Positions 1-10,790 of a DNA stretch of 64,000 bases are shown here, one piece after another. Under the pieces are notes generated by a model. The model had not been told where the DNA came from and ran no database searches. It saw only the letters and a list, made by a program, of their open reading frames with translations. The stretch is from positions 320,001 to 384,000 of the forward strand of contig CBDBFU010000012.1 of assembly GCA_965205025.1 (NCBI GenBank). The letters run 5' to 3'. This DNA is from Candidatus Poribacteria bacterium. GTDB taxonomy: Bacteria; Poribacteria; WGA-4E; WGA-3G. Positions within the stretch are counted from its first letter, which is position 1. Each line of letters begins with the position of its first letter. The position numbers were made by a program, and so were the translations under genes.

Positions 1-226
1 TAGGATACTAACTAATTCTTATACGCGTTGTATTAGTGGATAATCCACGCTAATTTTACAGGTATTTTCTTCTGTAGCATTGACCTTCTGGTGGCTACAT
101 GATATATGAATACAATCAATTTTAGACTGGACTGTCCACTAGTTAACATTTGCCATGTTCACATTTTACATGTTCGTCTCGTTTGCTTCTAAATTCCGCA
201 ACTTTTTTCATACCAACAACCTTAAA

Positions 227-256
227 TTGGCGGGAATTCCGATTCCCAACTACAAA
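227..256 (-). repeat. GTAG-type REP-like palindrome
   Basis: Minus strand reads GTAGTTGGGAATCGGAATTCCCGCCAA: GTAG followed by a GGGAAT/ATTCCC hairpin, related to the REPs at 15008-15070. Confidence 0.55.
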
Positions 257-1167
257 CGTGTCGTGATTAGGAGATCATCCATAAAGTATGAATAGTCGTG
301 AAAAACAACAAAACTATCACATAACTTGCTCAAGTCGTAACTATAATTTATTATTAGAATAATTTTTAGGTGAAAACAGTTATTATCCTCTTGGTTAATC
401 TTTCCCTTGAATTAACATAATATATACATTTAAAATTACATCAATTCCTGACAGAGTCAAGAAATTCTCGGTGCTATCTGATATCTGAAACTTCATTACA
501 GAAAGAGTACACGAGACTAAGTATCTGTCAAACAATAAGGGAATTTCTACCCCTAATTGTACAATTGAATACATTAATTTGTGTGACTTCTTATTTGATG
601 TTAAATTCTTGTAGTTATATTCTGAAATACTTTATCTTTAATTAACCTATCGTAATTGAATTTTCGTAATGAAGTCTACATCATAGATTTATTGGTCTTT
701 CATTTTCTAGAAGCATACACAAATTCCATTTCCTTGATATAATAGGTAGGTTTCTAACCACGGAGAATTCTACACGCGGAATCGTCGATTTCTCCAAGTA
801 CACTGTGTTGATTCATTGGTTAGAACTTGTTAATTCATTAGTTATAACTTGCTTAATTGTCTACTAATATTAGAATAGACGATTCATTAGTGACTATTCA
901 ATGAATCAGTTAATTCGTGTATGGAAGATGAAAATAACTATTAATGACCATGATGTTTCAGTCATATTTCAATTAGGAATATTAGCAAATAATGAGAACA
1001 CCGGTTAATTGTAAATATAAAACACATCTTGAGTGTAAGTCAGATTGATTATTAGGTTTGCAAAGGTGTTGAAAGGGCTTATAAAAAAATTCTAATTTGA
1101 TTTTACCTATAAAACTATTATCCTACTGTCAAAATTTTATAATTGACATTTTACGAAAGGAAATAAG

Positions 1168-2016
1168 GTGGAAACACCAATATACGGATTGTCCGTACGA
1201 GATGTAATAAAACACTTTAAACGGTCGAAAAAACCAGAACATAAACTACGTTTCACTGAAAAGATTAAGAATATCCTCAAACCTGAAAAAGAGATTATTC
1301 GAGCAGTGGATGGTATATCTTTGGATGTTAATATCGGGGAAATCTATGGAATTCTTGGGGCTAATGGATCAGGTAAATCCACATTAATACGTCTCATTTC
1401 AACACTTCTACTCCCTGATTCTGGGACAATACAAGTATTCGGGGATGATGTGGTTTCAAATAGTATGAAGGTAAGACGGGTCATGAATCGTGTATCTGTA
1501 GAAGCATCCTTTTTTAAACGTCTTTCATCTGCTGAGAATCTGATCTATGCTGCCCGTTTGTATGGAATATCATCCGCAGAAGCAAATAAGAAAGCAGAAT
1601 CCATATTAGAAAGACTCGGTTTTGAAGCTAAACGTATGGATGAGGAGATGGAGGCACTTTCAAGGGGTATGCAACAGAAAGTGGCGATTGCTCGTGCATT
1701 GTTAACGACGCCAATGCTTCTCCTACTTGATGAACCGACCACCGGTCTTGACCCAAAATCGAAACGCGATGTTCAAGCTTTTATTGAAGAAATTCGAAAC
1801 GACAGAAATGCTGTGATTGTATTGACAACGCATGATATGGCTGAGGCAGAAAGACTATGTGATAGAGTTGCCATTATTGATAACGGCAAGTTTATTGCTG
1901 AAGGAACAGTGAAAGAATTACTTGCAATGGTTCCAGCTAAAGAGAATTCTACCACAACAATGGAAGATGTTTTTATTGAACTTACAGGAAAAGAATTAGA
2001 AGAGGGAGATGAGTAA
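1168..2016 (+). CDS. ABC transporter ATP-binding protein (ABC-2/drug-export type)
   Basis: Walker A GANGSGKST, signature LSRGMQQK, Walker B LLLLDEP, H-loop TTH; AAAGGA RBS before the GTG start. Confidence 0.95.
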   Translation: METPIYGLSVRDVIKHFKRSKKPEHKLRFTEKIKNILKPEKEIIRAVDGISLDVNIGEIYGILGANGSGKSTLIRLISTLLLPDSGTIQVFGDDVVSNSMKVRRVMNRVSVEASFFKRLSSAENLIYAARLYGISSAEANKKAESILERLGFEAKRMDEEMEALSRGMQQKVAIARALLTTPMLLLLDEPTTGLDPKSKRDVQAFIEEIRNDRNAVIVLTTHDMAEAERLCDRVAIIDNGKFIAEGTVKELLAMVPAKENSTTTMEDVFIELTGKELEEGDE

Positions 2017-2019
2017 ACA

Positions 2020-2826
2020 ATGTTGAATATCAGAAGAGAGACAATCATCTCCTATGCTTTTATTGAACGGAATTTTAATCTACTCAAACGATATTTAAAT
2101 TGGGAGATTTTGTTTTTTAGCTACTCTATTGTTAATGCATTAACTATTGGTCTTATTATGGTTGGTCGAGGGAGTAGTCAGGATGTACTTTACCTTGTAA
2201 TTGGTGCATTAATCTGGGGTTTTCTCTCAATTATGATGCGTGAAGTTAGCGATGCGATAACCTGGGAACGTTGGGAGGGTACAATTGAATATACGTTCAT
2301 GGCACCAATTTATCGGATCACACATCTTGTAGGATCATGTTTTTTTGCTATTCTATACGGTCTATTAAGAACTGGATTGGTATTAGCAATTATGCCACTC
2401 TTTTTTGGAGAACATATTGACCTTGGAAGTGCAAATTGGTTAACGATGGGAGTCACAGTATGTGTATCCAGTCTATCGTTCATTGGAATTGGATTAATGG
2501 CTGCGATTTTTCCTTTACTCTCTCCAGAGAAAGGACAGGCTGCGACGGGGATATTACAGTCGGTTCTGTTACTCATATCTGGAATCTATTACGATATAAC
2601 AGTACTACCAGACTGGCTACAACCGTTATCACATATTTCACCCGCTACCTATACGCTTAGATCTATTCGGGCTGCGATGTTAGAAAACGCATCAATAGAA
2701 AGTCAAGCAAGCAACTTGTTGCTACTGCTTGTAATCGGTATTGTGCTTATTCCGTTTGGATTTTGGGTATTCCATCTTGCAGAGAAATATGCAAAACGGG
2801 TCGGTAGGCTAAAACGGAGTGGTTAG
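2020..2826 (+). CDS. ABC-2 type transporter permease
   Basis: About six hydrophobic segments with WERWEGTIEY and LPDWLQPLS..SPATY motifs; 3 bp downstream of the ATPase. Confidence 0.9.
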   Translation: MLNIRRETIISYAFIERNFNLLKRYLNWEILFFSYSIVNALTIGLIMVGRGSSQDVLYLVIGALIWGFLSIMMREVSDAITWERWEGTIEYTFMAPIYRITHLVGSCFFAILYGLLRTGLVLAIMPLFFGEHIDLGSANWLTMGVTVCVSSLSFIGIGLMAAIFPLLSPEKGQAATGILQSVLLLISGIYYDITVLPDWLQPLSHISPATYTLRSIRAAMLENASIESQASNLLLLLVIGIVLIPFGFWVFHLAEKYAKRVGRLKRSG

Positions 2827-2859
2827 TATTGGCTTGTTTTGAAAATAGACGAAAACCAT

Positions 2860-3639
2860 CTACCACGTATCCCTTACACTTACTCCTTCATCTGCGAGGT
2901 ATGTCTTAATACCTTCAATCGTAAATTCACCATAATGTGTAATTGATGCGACTATGGCAGCATCTGCGTTGCTGTCTACAAAAACATCACGTAAATGCTG
3001 TGGATTACCTGCACCTCCTGATGCGATTACTGGAACTGAAACTAAATCAGATATTGCTCCAGTTAATGCCAACTCATAACCTGCTTTTGTACCATCAGCA
3101 TCTATACTGTTGACAACTATCTCACCCGCACCTAATTCCACTCCACGTACTGACCATTCAAGTGCATCCCATCCAACAGGTTTTCTACCACCATCAATAT
3201 AGATTTCGTAACCGCTTGGTACTTCATTGCTTTTTTCGACCTTTTTTACTTGCATACTCAACACAACACACTGACTACCAAAGGCATGTGCACCTTCTGA
3301 AATGATATCAGGATTCCGGACAGCCCCAGAATCAATACTCACTTTTTCTGCTCCAGCAAGTAAGGCACGTCTCATATCGTCAAGAGTTCGTAAACCACCA
3401 CCAACCGAAAATGGAATAAAAATCTCTGATGCAACAGCAGAAACAACATCAATCATGATATCACGTCGTTCATTACTTGCTGTGATATCATAAAATACTA
3501 ATTCATCAGCACCACTTTCATAGTAAAAACGTGCCATCTCTACAGGATCACCAACATCAACATTCCCCTTGAATGCAATTCCTTTGGTAACTTTTCCATC
3601 TCGAACGTCTAAACATGGTATTATCCGTTTTGTAAGCAT
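2860..3639 (-). CDS. hisF: Imidazole glycerol phosphate synthase cyclase subunit HisF
   Basis: [51 protein letters not shown]. Confidence 0.97.
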   Translation of the reverse strand: MLTKRIIPCLDVRDGKVTKGIAFKGNVDVGDPVEMARFYYESGADELVFYDITASNERRDIMIDVVSAVASEIFIPFSVGGGLRTLDDMRRALLAGAEKVSIDSGAVRNPDIISEGAHAFGSQCVVLSMQVKKVEKSNEVPSGYEIYIDGGRKPVGWDALEWSVRGVELGAGEIVVNSIDADGTKAGYELALTGAISDLVSVPVIASGGAGNPQHLRDVFVDSNADAAIVASITHYGEFTIEGIKTYLADEGVSVRDTW

Positions 3640-3680
3640 ATTAACCTTTCTTATTTCTATCTCTTATTCTCAAAATATAA

Positions 3681-5345
3681 CTAATTTTGTAATTTCTTTT
3701 TAAAGATGTTTAGTATATCATCAAATTCTTCTACCTTCAATATCTTATACATACCTGAAAGTGTAGCCATACTGATTCCAATTGGAAAAAACACAACAAT
3801 AATTCGTTCTATAAATCCATCTGTCCCTAACCAATCAATTTCTATAACACCATGAGTTATCCAGCATACAAATCCCATAACAACTGAAGCAATTATTATC
3901 TTCGATGCAGATGGAACAATTGATTTCATACCTATCTGTCCAAGTTTCTGTCTGAGTAGAAATAACAATGCTATACTATTTAGAGAGACTGTAAAAACAG
4001 TTGAAAAAACAACTGCACGGGGATCAAAGTAAAGTCCACGTAAGATAAAGAAGTAATTTAGTATGATATTTAGTAACACACCACATAAACTAACAATCAC
4101 GGGTGCTCTTATATCTTTATATGCATAAAACCCATCTGTAAGGATTTTTAGTGCTGAAAAACCACATAAACCAAAAGCATATACAAACAGGACACCACCT
4201 GTCCCAATTGTATCAGTTTCTATGAATGCGCCACGCTCATAGAGAAGTCTACAGATCGGTTCTGACAATACCATCAATCCAATCGATGCAGGTATGATCA
4301 CGGTTAACATCAAACGGATGGCATAGGACAGTGAATTGCGGAATAATTCAGTCTCTCCAGCATTAGCATGTTTTGCAAGTTGGGGTAAGGCAACGGTGGA
4401 TATAGCAACACCAAAAATACCCAGAGGTAGGTGCATGATTCTATATGCACCTTGTATCCAAGGTAACCATTCATCCTCAGAGGTTATAAACCAAGTATTT
4501 GTCAGTTGATTAATCTGTACTGCCGCTACACCTAATATAGCAGGACCCATCAGTTTCAGTACTTGGATAACTCTCGTATCACGAAAGTTTAGCAGGGGTC
4601 TATAGCGAAATCCTACCCTATACATTGACGGAACTTGTATCAGGAATTGTAATAACCCTCCAACTATAACACCAACAGCCATGCCAGTTGTTGGATGCAT
4701 GTCAAATTTTGGAAATAAATAATACCCACTTATACCAATCAATAGTGAACTGAGATTAAAAAAGGAGGATGCACATGCAGGAATCCCGAATCTTCCTTTA
4801 CTATTTAATAATCCCATAGCAATTGCTGCCATAGAGACAAATAAAAGGAATGGGAACATTATTCGGGTAAGGTAGACTGTCAGATCAATTTTTGTATCAA
4901 AAAAATAGTGCTCAGTAATATCTAATGTTTCATCAAAATTTTCACGTGCTAAGATATCAACAAGCGTAGGTGCGAAGATTATACCGAGGATTGTTATCCC
5001 AATTAGGACAACCAAGGTAAGGTTGAAGATCCGATTCGTAAGATTCCATGCCGCTTCCTCTCCATCTTCTACTTCAGTCGCAAGGAATGTGGTGATAAAT
5101 GCTTTACTCAGAATTCCTTCACCAAACATATCTCGTAGAAAATTTGGGATACGGAAGGCAAGATAGAATGCGGAACCACTTATCTTCGTTGGAAAATAGT
5201 TAAAAATAGTCATCTCGCGTACAAGACCTAAAATACGAGATGACATAACTGCAAGACTTACTATTCCTGCAGCACGAGTGACTTTATGATTCTGCTGTTC
5301 GGCAGAATGTGTTTCATTTTCTACCATTAATTGTTCTATAATCAA
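3681..5345 (-). CDS. murJ: Lipid II flippase MurJ (MviN)
   Basis: SRILGLVRE, AFRIPNFLRDMFGEG, LPLGIFGVAISTVALPQL, LYERGAF; true start is probably the ATG five codons further in. Confidence 0.95.
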   Translation of the reverse strand: MIIEQLMVENETHSAEQQNHKVTRAAGIVSLAVMSSRILGLVREMTIFNYFPTKISGSAFYLAFRIPNFLRDMFGEGILSKAFITTFLATEVEDGEEAAWNLTNRIFNLTLVVLIGITILGIIFAPTLVDILARENFDETLDITEHYFFDTKIDLTVYLTRIMFPFLLFVSMAAIAMGLLNSKGRFGIPACASSFFNLSSLLIGISGYYLFPKFDMHPTTGMAVGVIVGGLLQFLIQVPSMYRVGFRYRPLLNFRDTRVIQVLKLMGPAILGVAAVQINQLTNTWFITSEDEWLPWIQGAYRIMHLPLGIFGVAISTVALPQLAKHANAGETELFRNSLSYAIRLMLTVIIPASIGLMVLSEPICRLLYERGAFIETDTIGTGGVLFVYAFGLCGFSALKILTDGFYAYKDIRAPVIVSLCGVLLNIILNYFFILRGLYFDPRAVVFSTVFTVSLNSIALLFLLRQKLGQIGMKSIVPSASKIIIASVVMGFVCWITHGVIEIDWLGTDGFIERIIVVFFPIGISMATLSGMYKILKVEEFDDILNIFKKKLQN

Positions 5346-5562
5346 GCGTTAATGCATAGGGATATATTGTGAATGTGTGTTCCTTAGAGTTTGTCTTGTA
5401 AGTAAGGTTGACTTTGCGAACTCCTACAAGAACCAAAGATTATTCACGAATGTGAATATTATAGCTAAAAATATCGAAAACTAAATCACCGTGTCCTGTC
5501 TATTTGATGCTTGACATTGATACTAAATTTAGATAAAGTTACATTGATAAGGAGACCTTAAT

Positions 5563-5943
5563 ATGGAAGAAAAACGTTATTTTACTGTTGAAGAGGCAAA
5601 CGCTTGTATACCTAAAATTAAACCTGATATATTTGCTCTTCAAGAAATAAGAGAAGATTTAGAGAAACTACATGGTGAACTAAAACCCTTCATAGAGTCG
5701 ATTCCTTCCAATGGAGGGCACAAGAAAACTCTTTCCTTCATGCATGCTGGTGATGAATTCAGACAGATCGTTAAGCGAATAGAAAGTCATGGGTGTCATC
5801 TGAAAGGACTTGATCCACCTTTGTTAGACTTCCCTCATATTCGAGATGGTAAAGAAGTATACCTATGCTGGCGTTTTGGTGAAGATGAAATTCGTTATTG
5901 GCATGAAATTGACAGCGGTTTTGCAGGACGGAAACCCTTATAG
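5563..5943 (+). CDS. DUF2203 family protein
   Basis: RYFTVEEANA N-terminus and LDFP..DGKEVYLCWRFGEDEIRYWHEIDSGFAGRKPL C-terminus; AAGGAG RBS. Confidence 0.9.
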   Translation: MEEKRYFTVEEANACIPKIKPDIFALQEIREDLEKLHGELKPFIESIPSNGGHKKTLSFMHAGDEFRQIVKRIESHGCHLKGLDPPLLDFPHIRDGKEVYLCWRFGEDEIRYWHEIDSGFAGRKPL

Positions 5944-5973
5944 AAACCCATTTGGTTGGTATGGTGAATAATC

Positions 5974-6768
5974 CTATTTTGATGAATTCATGAAATAGAA
6001 GTGGTTTGTAGGTCCATGACCATTACCAATATCTAATGCATGTTGAATTGCCCCAGTGATATATATTTTTGCAGTCTGAATTGCTTCAATTAGATTCTTT
6101 CCCTGTCCTAAGTGTGTTGCAATCGCAGCAGAATATGTACAACCGGTTCCATGAGTGTTTTTTGTTTCAACCCAAACAGACTCGAAAAACGACCAATCTC
6201 CTTTATAATATAGTACATCCGTTGCCTTTTCATCCTCCAAGTGTCCACCTTTAACAAGTACAGCCTTACACCCCAGTTCAGCAATTGATTTTGCTGCCTT
6301 TTTTGCATCCTCAACAGAATGTATTTCCTGTTGAGCCAATAGTTCCGCTTCGTGTATATTCGGTGTGATAAGTGTTGCTATAGGAATAAGTTCTTGTTTT
6401 AAACTATTGATTGCTTCCTCTTTTAATAGAGAAAACTTGCTTTTAGATATCATCACAGGATCTACTACAATAGAATTCGGTGTGTATTCTTGAAGTTTCT
6501 TTGTTACTGTATTTACGATTTCAGAGGAAGAGAGCATACCTGTTTTTACACTGGCTACTTCAAAATCTGTAAATACAGCATTGAGTTGTGCTTCAATAAG
6601 TGAAAGCGGCAGATCAAAGGCTTCTGTTACGGCTACAGTATTCTGTGCAGTGACTGAGGTAATTGCCGACATAGCGAAGCCACCGTTAGCTGAAATTGCC
6701 TTGATGTCGGCTTGAATTCCTGCCCCACCACCAGAATCTGAACCTGCAATCGTTAATATCTGTTTCAT
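5974..6768 (-). CDS. thiD: Hydroxymethylpyrimidine/phosphomethylpyrimidine kinase
   Basis: LTIAGSDSGGGAGIQADIK, VVDPVM, TPNIHEA, NTHGTGCT, GHGPTNHF. Confidence 0.96.
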   Translation of the reverse strand: MKQILTIAGSDSGGGAGIQADIKAISANGGFAMSAITSVTAQNTVAVTEAFDLPLSLIEAQLNAVFTDFEVASVKTGMLSSSEIVNTVTKKLQEYTPNSIVVDPVMISKSKFSLLKEEAINSLKQELIPIATLITPNIHEAELLAQQEIHSVEDAKKAAKSIAELGCKAVLVKGGHLEDEKATDVLYYKGDWSFFESVWVETKNTHGTGCTYSAAIATHLGQGKNLIEAIQTAKIYITGAIQHALDIGNGHGPTNHFYFMNSSK

Positions 6769-6908
6769 CGTTAATAATCTTCTAAAGTTTCAATCTTATC
6801 TAATACTATTCAAAACCATATAGAAAACACATAGTATAGTTGCTAAACTAAAGGATAATTTCCATTATATCATATATTCTTATGAATGCAAACCCCACAA
6901 AAAAAGGG

Positions 6909-7761
6909 GTGTGTAAAGTTTTTGGCATGAATATTACGGAATCATAGGGTTCTTTTTTTCTCCCATGTACTATATTGAACCAAGGGTAATTTACTGTAAA
7001 TTTGCTGCTTTTCATGTTCACAATAGTAATATATTAATTATTTATATGTTTAAAATTGTTACACTTTTTGACACATGGTGTGACATTGTCAAAACCTCTC
7101 TCCCGTCAGTACTACACTAAGTTTACAGCCACTTTTTTAAGGTTAGAAGAATTTGCACCAATTATTAGTGGGGATGGATTTTGTGTCTTTTACTTTTCTA
7201 TTAATCCACTGATTTGGAATCTATTGATTGTGTAATCTCCTAACCATCCATTTTGACAAGATATTCGCGCTAATCTTAAAAATCATAGACTTCGGAGATT
7301 TTTTGATTTTTCCATTTGCTATATATTGAAGAACGGACGGGAAAACCCCGTTCCTACGAATAGAATTATATCTGTATTGACGATTCGTATAAATGAGATA
7401 CACTGTCTTTTTATGGTGTTTATGATAGTCAGTTGTGTTTTAAGTCGGTCTATTATTGAAGTATGAATTCTGATAAACCTATGAATAGAAAATTTGTAAC
7501 TTTCGAGTTATGTATTAATTTTAGTTTACAATTATTGAACGATATAGTATTATACAATTTTATTTTTATTTTGACAAATATTTTTAATTTATTTTATATT
7601 ATTGTGAAATATGTATGTTAGATGTTAGATGTTTATGTTTTCTTCAAATTATTTTAAACTTTATGGATAAAGAGTGAAATTAGAATTTGATATGGTCTAA
7701 ACTAAAAACAAGTAATTGATCCGTTTCTTTTATGTCCATTAATGTGATAAACTTTACACAC
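6909..7761. mobile_element. Non-autonomous TIR-bounded element (MITE-like), repeat copy A
   Basis: GTGTGTAAAGTTT (6909-6921) and AAACTTTACACAC (7749-7761) are perfect 13-bp inverted repeats that extend imperfectly to about 25 bp. The interior aligns with 14533-14817 and, reversed, with 16985-17452. No credible ORF. Confidence 0.6.
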
Positions 7762-8011
7762 TATTTCGTCAGAAACTATTGTCAATATTAACAAAAAGTG
7801 ATATTATGGATTTCTAAACATAATCAATCTACTCTGTTAGTGTAGGGATTAGTCTTATCAGAATTTACTGCAAACTATGAATGGACGGGAAATATTGAGA
7901 ATATTATCCTATCCTGTATACCCACTTATCAAATTCCATGTTAGATAAAATATTCAATTGGACTACAATAATATAAGAAAAACATGAAGATAGTAATACT
8001 GGAGGAATATT

Positions 8012-9853
8012 ATGATTAATTCACCACTTAGTTCTCAGGAAACTCCAACAGGATCGATAAACATAGAAGAATTACCAGTGGGTATGGCAGAAGACCATGA
8101 GTTGGTTTATCATCAACTTTGTAGTGCGGATAGTTTTGATGAACTTGAAGGGAAGCCTTTTCATATAAACGGAACACATCTTGCAGTATTCAAGTATGAG
8201 GAAAAGTACTACGCCGTTGACAACAGATGTCCTCACATGGGGTATCCCATGTCTCAAGGAAGTATTAGAGATGGTGTACTAATTTGCCATTGGCATCATT
8301 GGGAATTCGATTTAAAATCTGGTGGTTGTTTTTTGGCATCTGGAGATGATTTAAAAGCTTTTCCTGTTGAGTTACGTGATGATGGTTATTTGTATGTAGG
8401 TTTAGCAAAAGGCGAAAGGGAAGCAGCCAAACGTCGTGTGATAGATCAAGGTAAACGTGCACTTGAACGTGGTCTTAAAGATCGGAGTACATTTTTCATT
8501 GCGAAAGCCGTCACAGCTCTTAGAGATGCAGGAGCAACGCCGAATGAAATAATTCAACAAGGACTTCATTACGGAACCCATAAGAGTAGTGATGGTTGGT
8601 CATCAGGAGTTACAATTCTTACTATTGCAGCAAATTTATGGGATGATGTGGATAAGAAAGACCATAATCTTTTTCTGGTGCACGGTTTAGCTCAGATTAG
8701 CCGTCGAACTACTGGAAGTGCCCGACCATATCGCGCGCCGTTTCCACGGATGACAGAAGCACATGACCTTGAAACATTGTTGCGATGGTTTCGCTATTTT
8801 GTTGAAAAGAGACACTCAGGTGCTGCTGAACGTATCTTGTTAACTTTAAAAGATCGTGATTATGATAAATCTGTGATAGCTGATTTCATATATACAGCAG
8901 CTACAGATTACTATTTCACGGGTGATGGACATGCACTTGATTTTGCAAACAAGATGTTTGAAGCATTAGATTACATTGAATGGGATGGTGCTTATGAGAT
9001 TTTACGTCCTATAGTTGTTGATTTAGTTGGACGAACTCGTCATGAAGAGACCTCCCGTTGGGCAGATGCAGTGCCTGTTTTAGGACCAGTATTTAAAAGA
9101 TTAGATAGCATCTGGGATGATAACCAAAAAAATCAATGTGATCTTGATATTTCAGATTTTGCTCAGACTTTACTTGGGGACGAGTTTGAACCAACAGTTA
9201 AAGTGGTGGAAGAAAAGCTTCGTGCCGGTGTAGATCCAAGAGATATTTGTCGTGCAATGACTTATGCTTCTGCCATTCGTACTGCTCGTTTCCATTTAAA
9301 GAACGAGGGTGATTGGCATGATGTAGCGAATATTTACTCTTATGCACATGGACTTTATCAAGCTTTCGGGTATGCTCCGAGTGCGAATCTACTGCGTGGG
9401 ATTTTCCATGGTGTTGTCTTTCTCGCATACTTACGGTGGTTGAATATGCCAGCTGCCCGTATTCCAAGACCTGGACAGAGACTTGATGAAACTTACGATA
9501 CTCAAAAACAGATGTTAGAAAGACTCCAAGAATTTGCTGATTTTCAAAAAGTGTTTGAAGCAGAAATATTGGTGAACCAATATCTTGAAGAGGGATATGA
9601 AATTAAGCCATTAAAGCAAACTTTATCACATATCCTACTTAGGGAAGATGCCGAACTACATATGTTTCAGGTGTTGGAAGTTGCGTTTCGTCATTATGAT
9701 TTGACGGAGGATGCAGAAGAGAAAAGGATGCATATGTTGGCTGCAACCAGATATATTACAGCACAGAAGCTGATGAAGAATATTTTATGGTCTACTGAGA
9801 ATGCTGAACGTTTGGCACGGGGTGAGTTGCTTAATGAACGGGATGATGATTAA
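8012..9853 (+). CDS. Rieske [2Fe-2S] domain protein with large helical C-terminal region
   Basis: CPHMG...CHWHHW (CxH-x16-CxxH) Rieske motif at the N-terminus, then about 480 aa of unassigned sequence; GGAGG RBS. Confidence 0.85.
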   Translation: MINSPLSSQETPTGSINIEELPVGMAEDHELVYHQLCSADSFDELEGKPFHINGTHLAVFKYEEKYYAVDNRCPHMGYPMSQGSIRDGVLICHWHHWEFDLKSGGCFLASGDDLKAFPVELRDDGYLYVGLAKGEREAAKRRVIDQGKRALERGLKDRSTFFIAKAVTALRDAGATPNEIIQQGLHYGTHKSSDGWSSGVTILTIAANLWDDVDKKDHNLFLVHGLAQISRRTTGSARPYRAPFPRMTEAHDLETLLRWFRYFVEKRHSGAAERILLTLKDRDYDKSVIADFIYTAATDYYFTGDGHALDFANKMFEALDYIEWDGAYEILRPIVVDLVGRTRHEETSRWADAVPVLGPVFKRLDSIWDDNQKNQCDLDISDFAQTLLGDEFEPTVKVVEEKLRAGVDPRDICRAMTYASAIRTARFHLKNEGDWHDVANIYSYAHGLYQAFGYAPSANLLRGIFHGVVFLAYLRWLNMPAARIPRPGQRLDETYDTQKQMLERLQEFADFQKVFEAEILVNQYLEEGYEIKPLKQTLSHILLREDAELHMFQVLEVAFRHYDLTEDAEEKRMHMLAATRYITAQKLMKNILWSTENAERLARGELLNERDDD

Positions 9854-9877
9854 AGATATCTGTTAGTCAGAATACTC

Positions 9878-10726
9878 CTAATCTGAAATGGGTAAAACAT
9901 CACGTTGTACTTCGTGGACTTTGTCTGGATAGGTTTCACCTCTAATCCACATAATGGGTTGACCTTTGTAGGATCCATCGTGTTTTGCCCATTTCGCCTG
10001 TGCACTCAGGTAATGGGAGACGTAACTTCTTCTGAAACGAAGGCTATGATTATCTGTACTTTTATGAAGTAGATGACTATGAAACCATATTACGCCACCA
10101 GGAGGAACTTCAACAGCAATACCGTCTTCATCCCGAACATCCCGTGCTAATTTAAACTCTCGTTGCTGTGAACCTTCAAGATCATCATGTTCATGTATAT
10201 CATGTTTGTGGCTGCCCGGTACAACATACAAACAACCGTTGTCAATATCTGCAGCATCTATTGCTGTCCATGTACCAACAGTTGTCTCCGTATCAAACCT
10301 ATTTCTGAAATAGAACTTATCCTGATGCCAAGGGAATCCCAATCCGATTTTTGGTGCCTTCCAAATAAATAGATTGTTAATTCCCAGAATATCTGGTCCG
10401 AAGATATCGACAATTGGATCTGTTAAACGCGTATCTCTTACACGATTGAGAAATTCAGGACAGAAACAACTTGGATGATGTATTTTATGCATGGCATATA
10501 TCCCCTGTTCTTCTATCTTTCCATCTCTCACCAAGGCATTTTGGTCTATATGTGCAGATGGGAAGGGACGTTTTCCATCCACAACATCCTCAGCAACTTG
10601 TCGGAGTAAGTCGTTTTCATCATTGTTGAATACATCGTATCGGACAAGATAACCATTCTCATTCCAAAAAGTAAGTTCCTCTAAAGTCATTCCATTCTTA
10701 CGTTTTTGTGTTGTATTAGAACTCAT
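9878..10726 (-). CDS. Phytanoyl-CoA dioxygenase (PhyH)/EctD-like 2OG-Fe(II) dioxygenase, array copy 4
   Basis: WHQD (HxD), NGCLYVVPGSH, LLHKS..N.S.RFR motifs. Confidence 0.9.
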   Translation of the reverse strand: MSSNTTQKRKNGMTLEELTFWNENGYLVRYDVFNNDENDLLRQVAEDVVDGKRPFPSAHIDQNALVRDGKIEEQGIYAMHKIHHPSCFCPEFLNRVRDTRLTDPIVDIFGPDILGINNLFIWKAPKIGLGFPWHQDKFYFRNRFDTETTVGTWTAIDAADIDNGCLYVVPGSHKHDIHEHDDLEGSQQREFKLARDVRDEDGIAVEVPPGGVIWFHSHLLHKSTDNHSLRFRRSYVSHYLSAQAKWAKHDGSYKGQPIMWIRGETYPDKVHEVQRDVLPISD

Positions 10727-10790
10727 AATATACCTATATTCTAACTTTCTAAATGGTCTTGTAGTGTTTTACCTTATTAGACTATATTCA

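Noticed and set aside
1-1167. Gene or gene fragment at the window start
   Set aside because: No long ORF in the track and no recognisable motif; only a REP-like palindrome is supportable.
6769-6905. TPP riboswitch upstream of thiD
   Set aside because: No CUGAGA/AUACC core visible on the minus strand.
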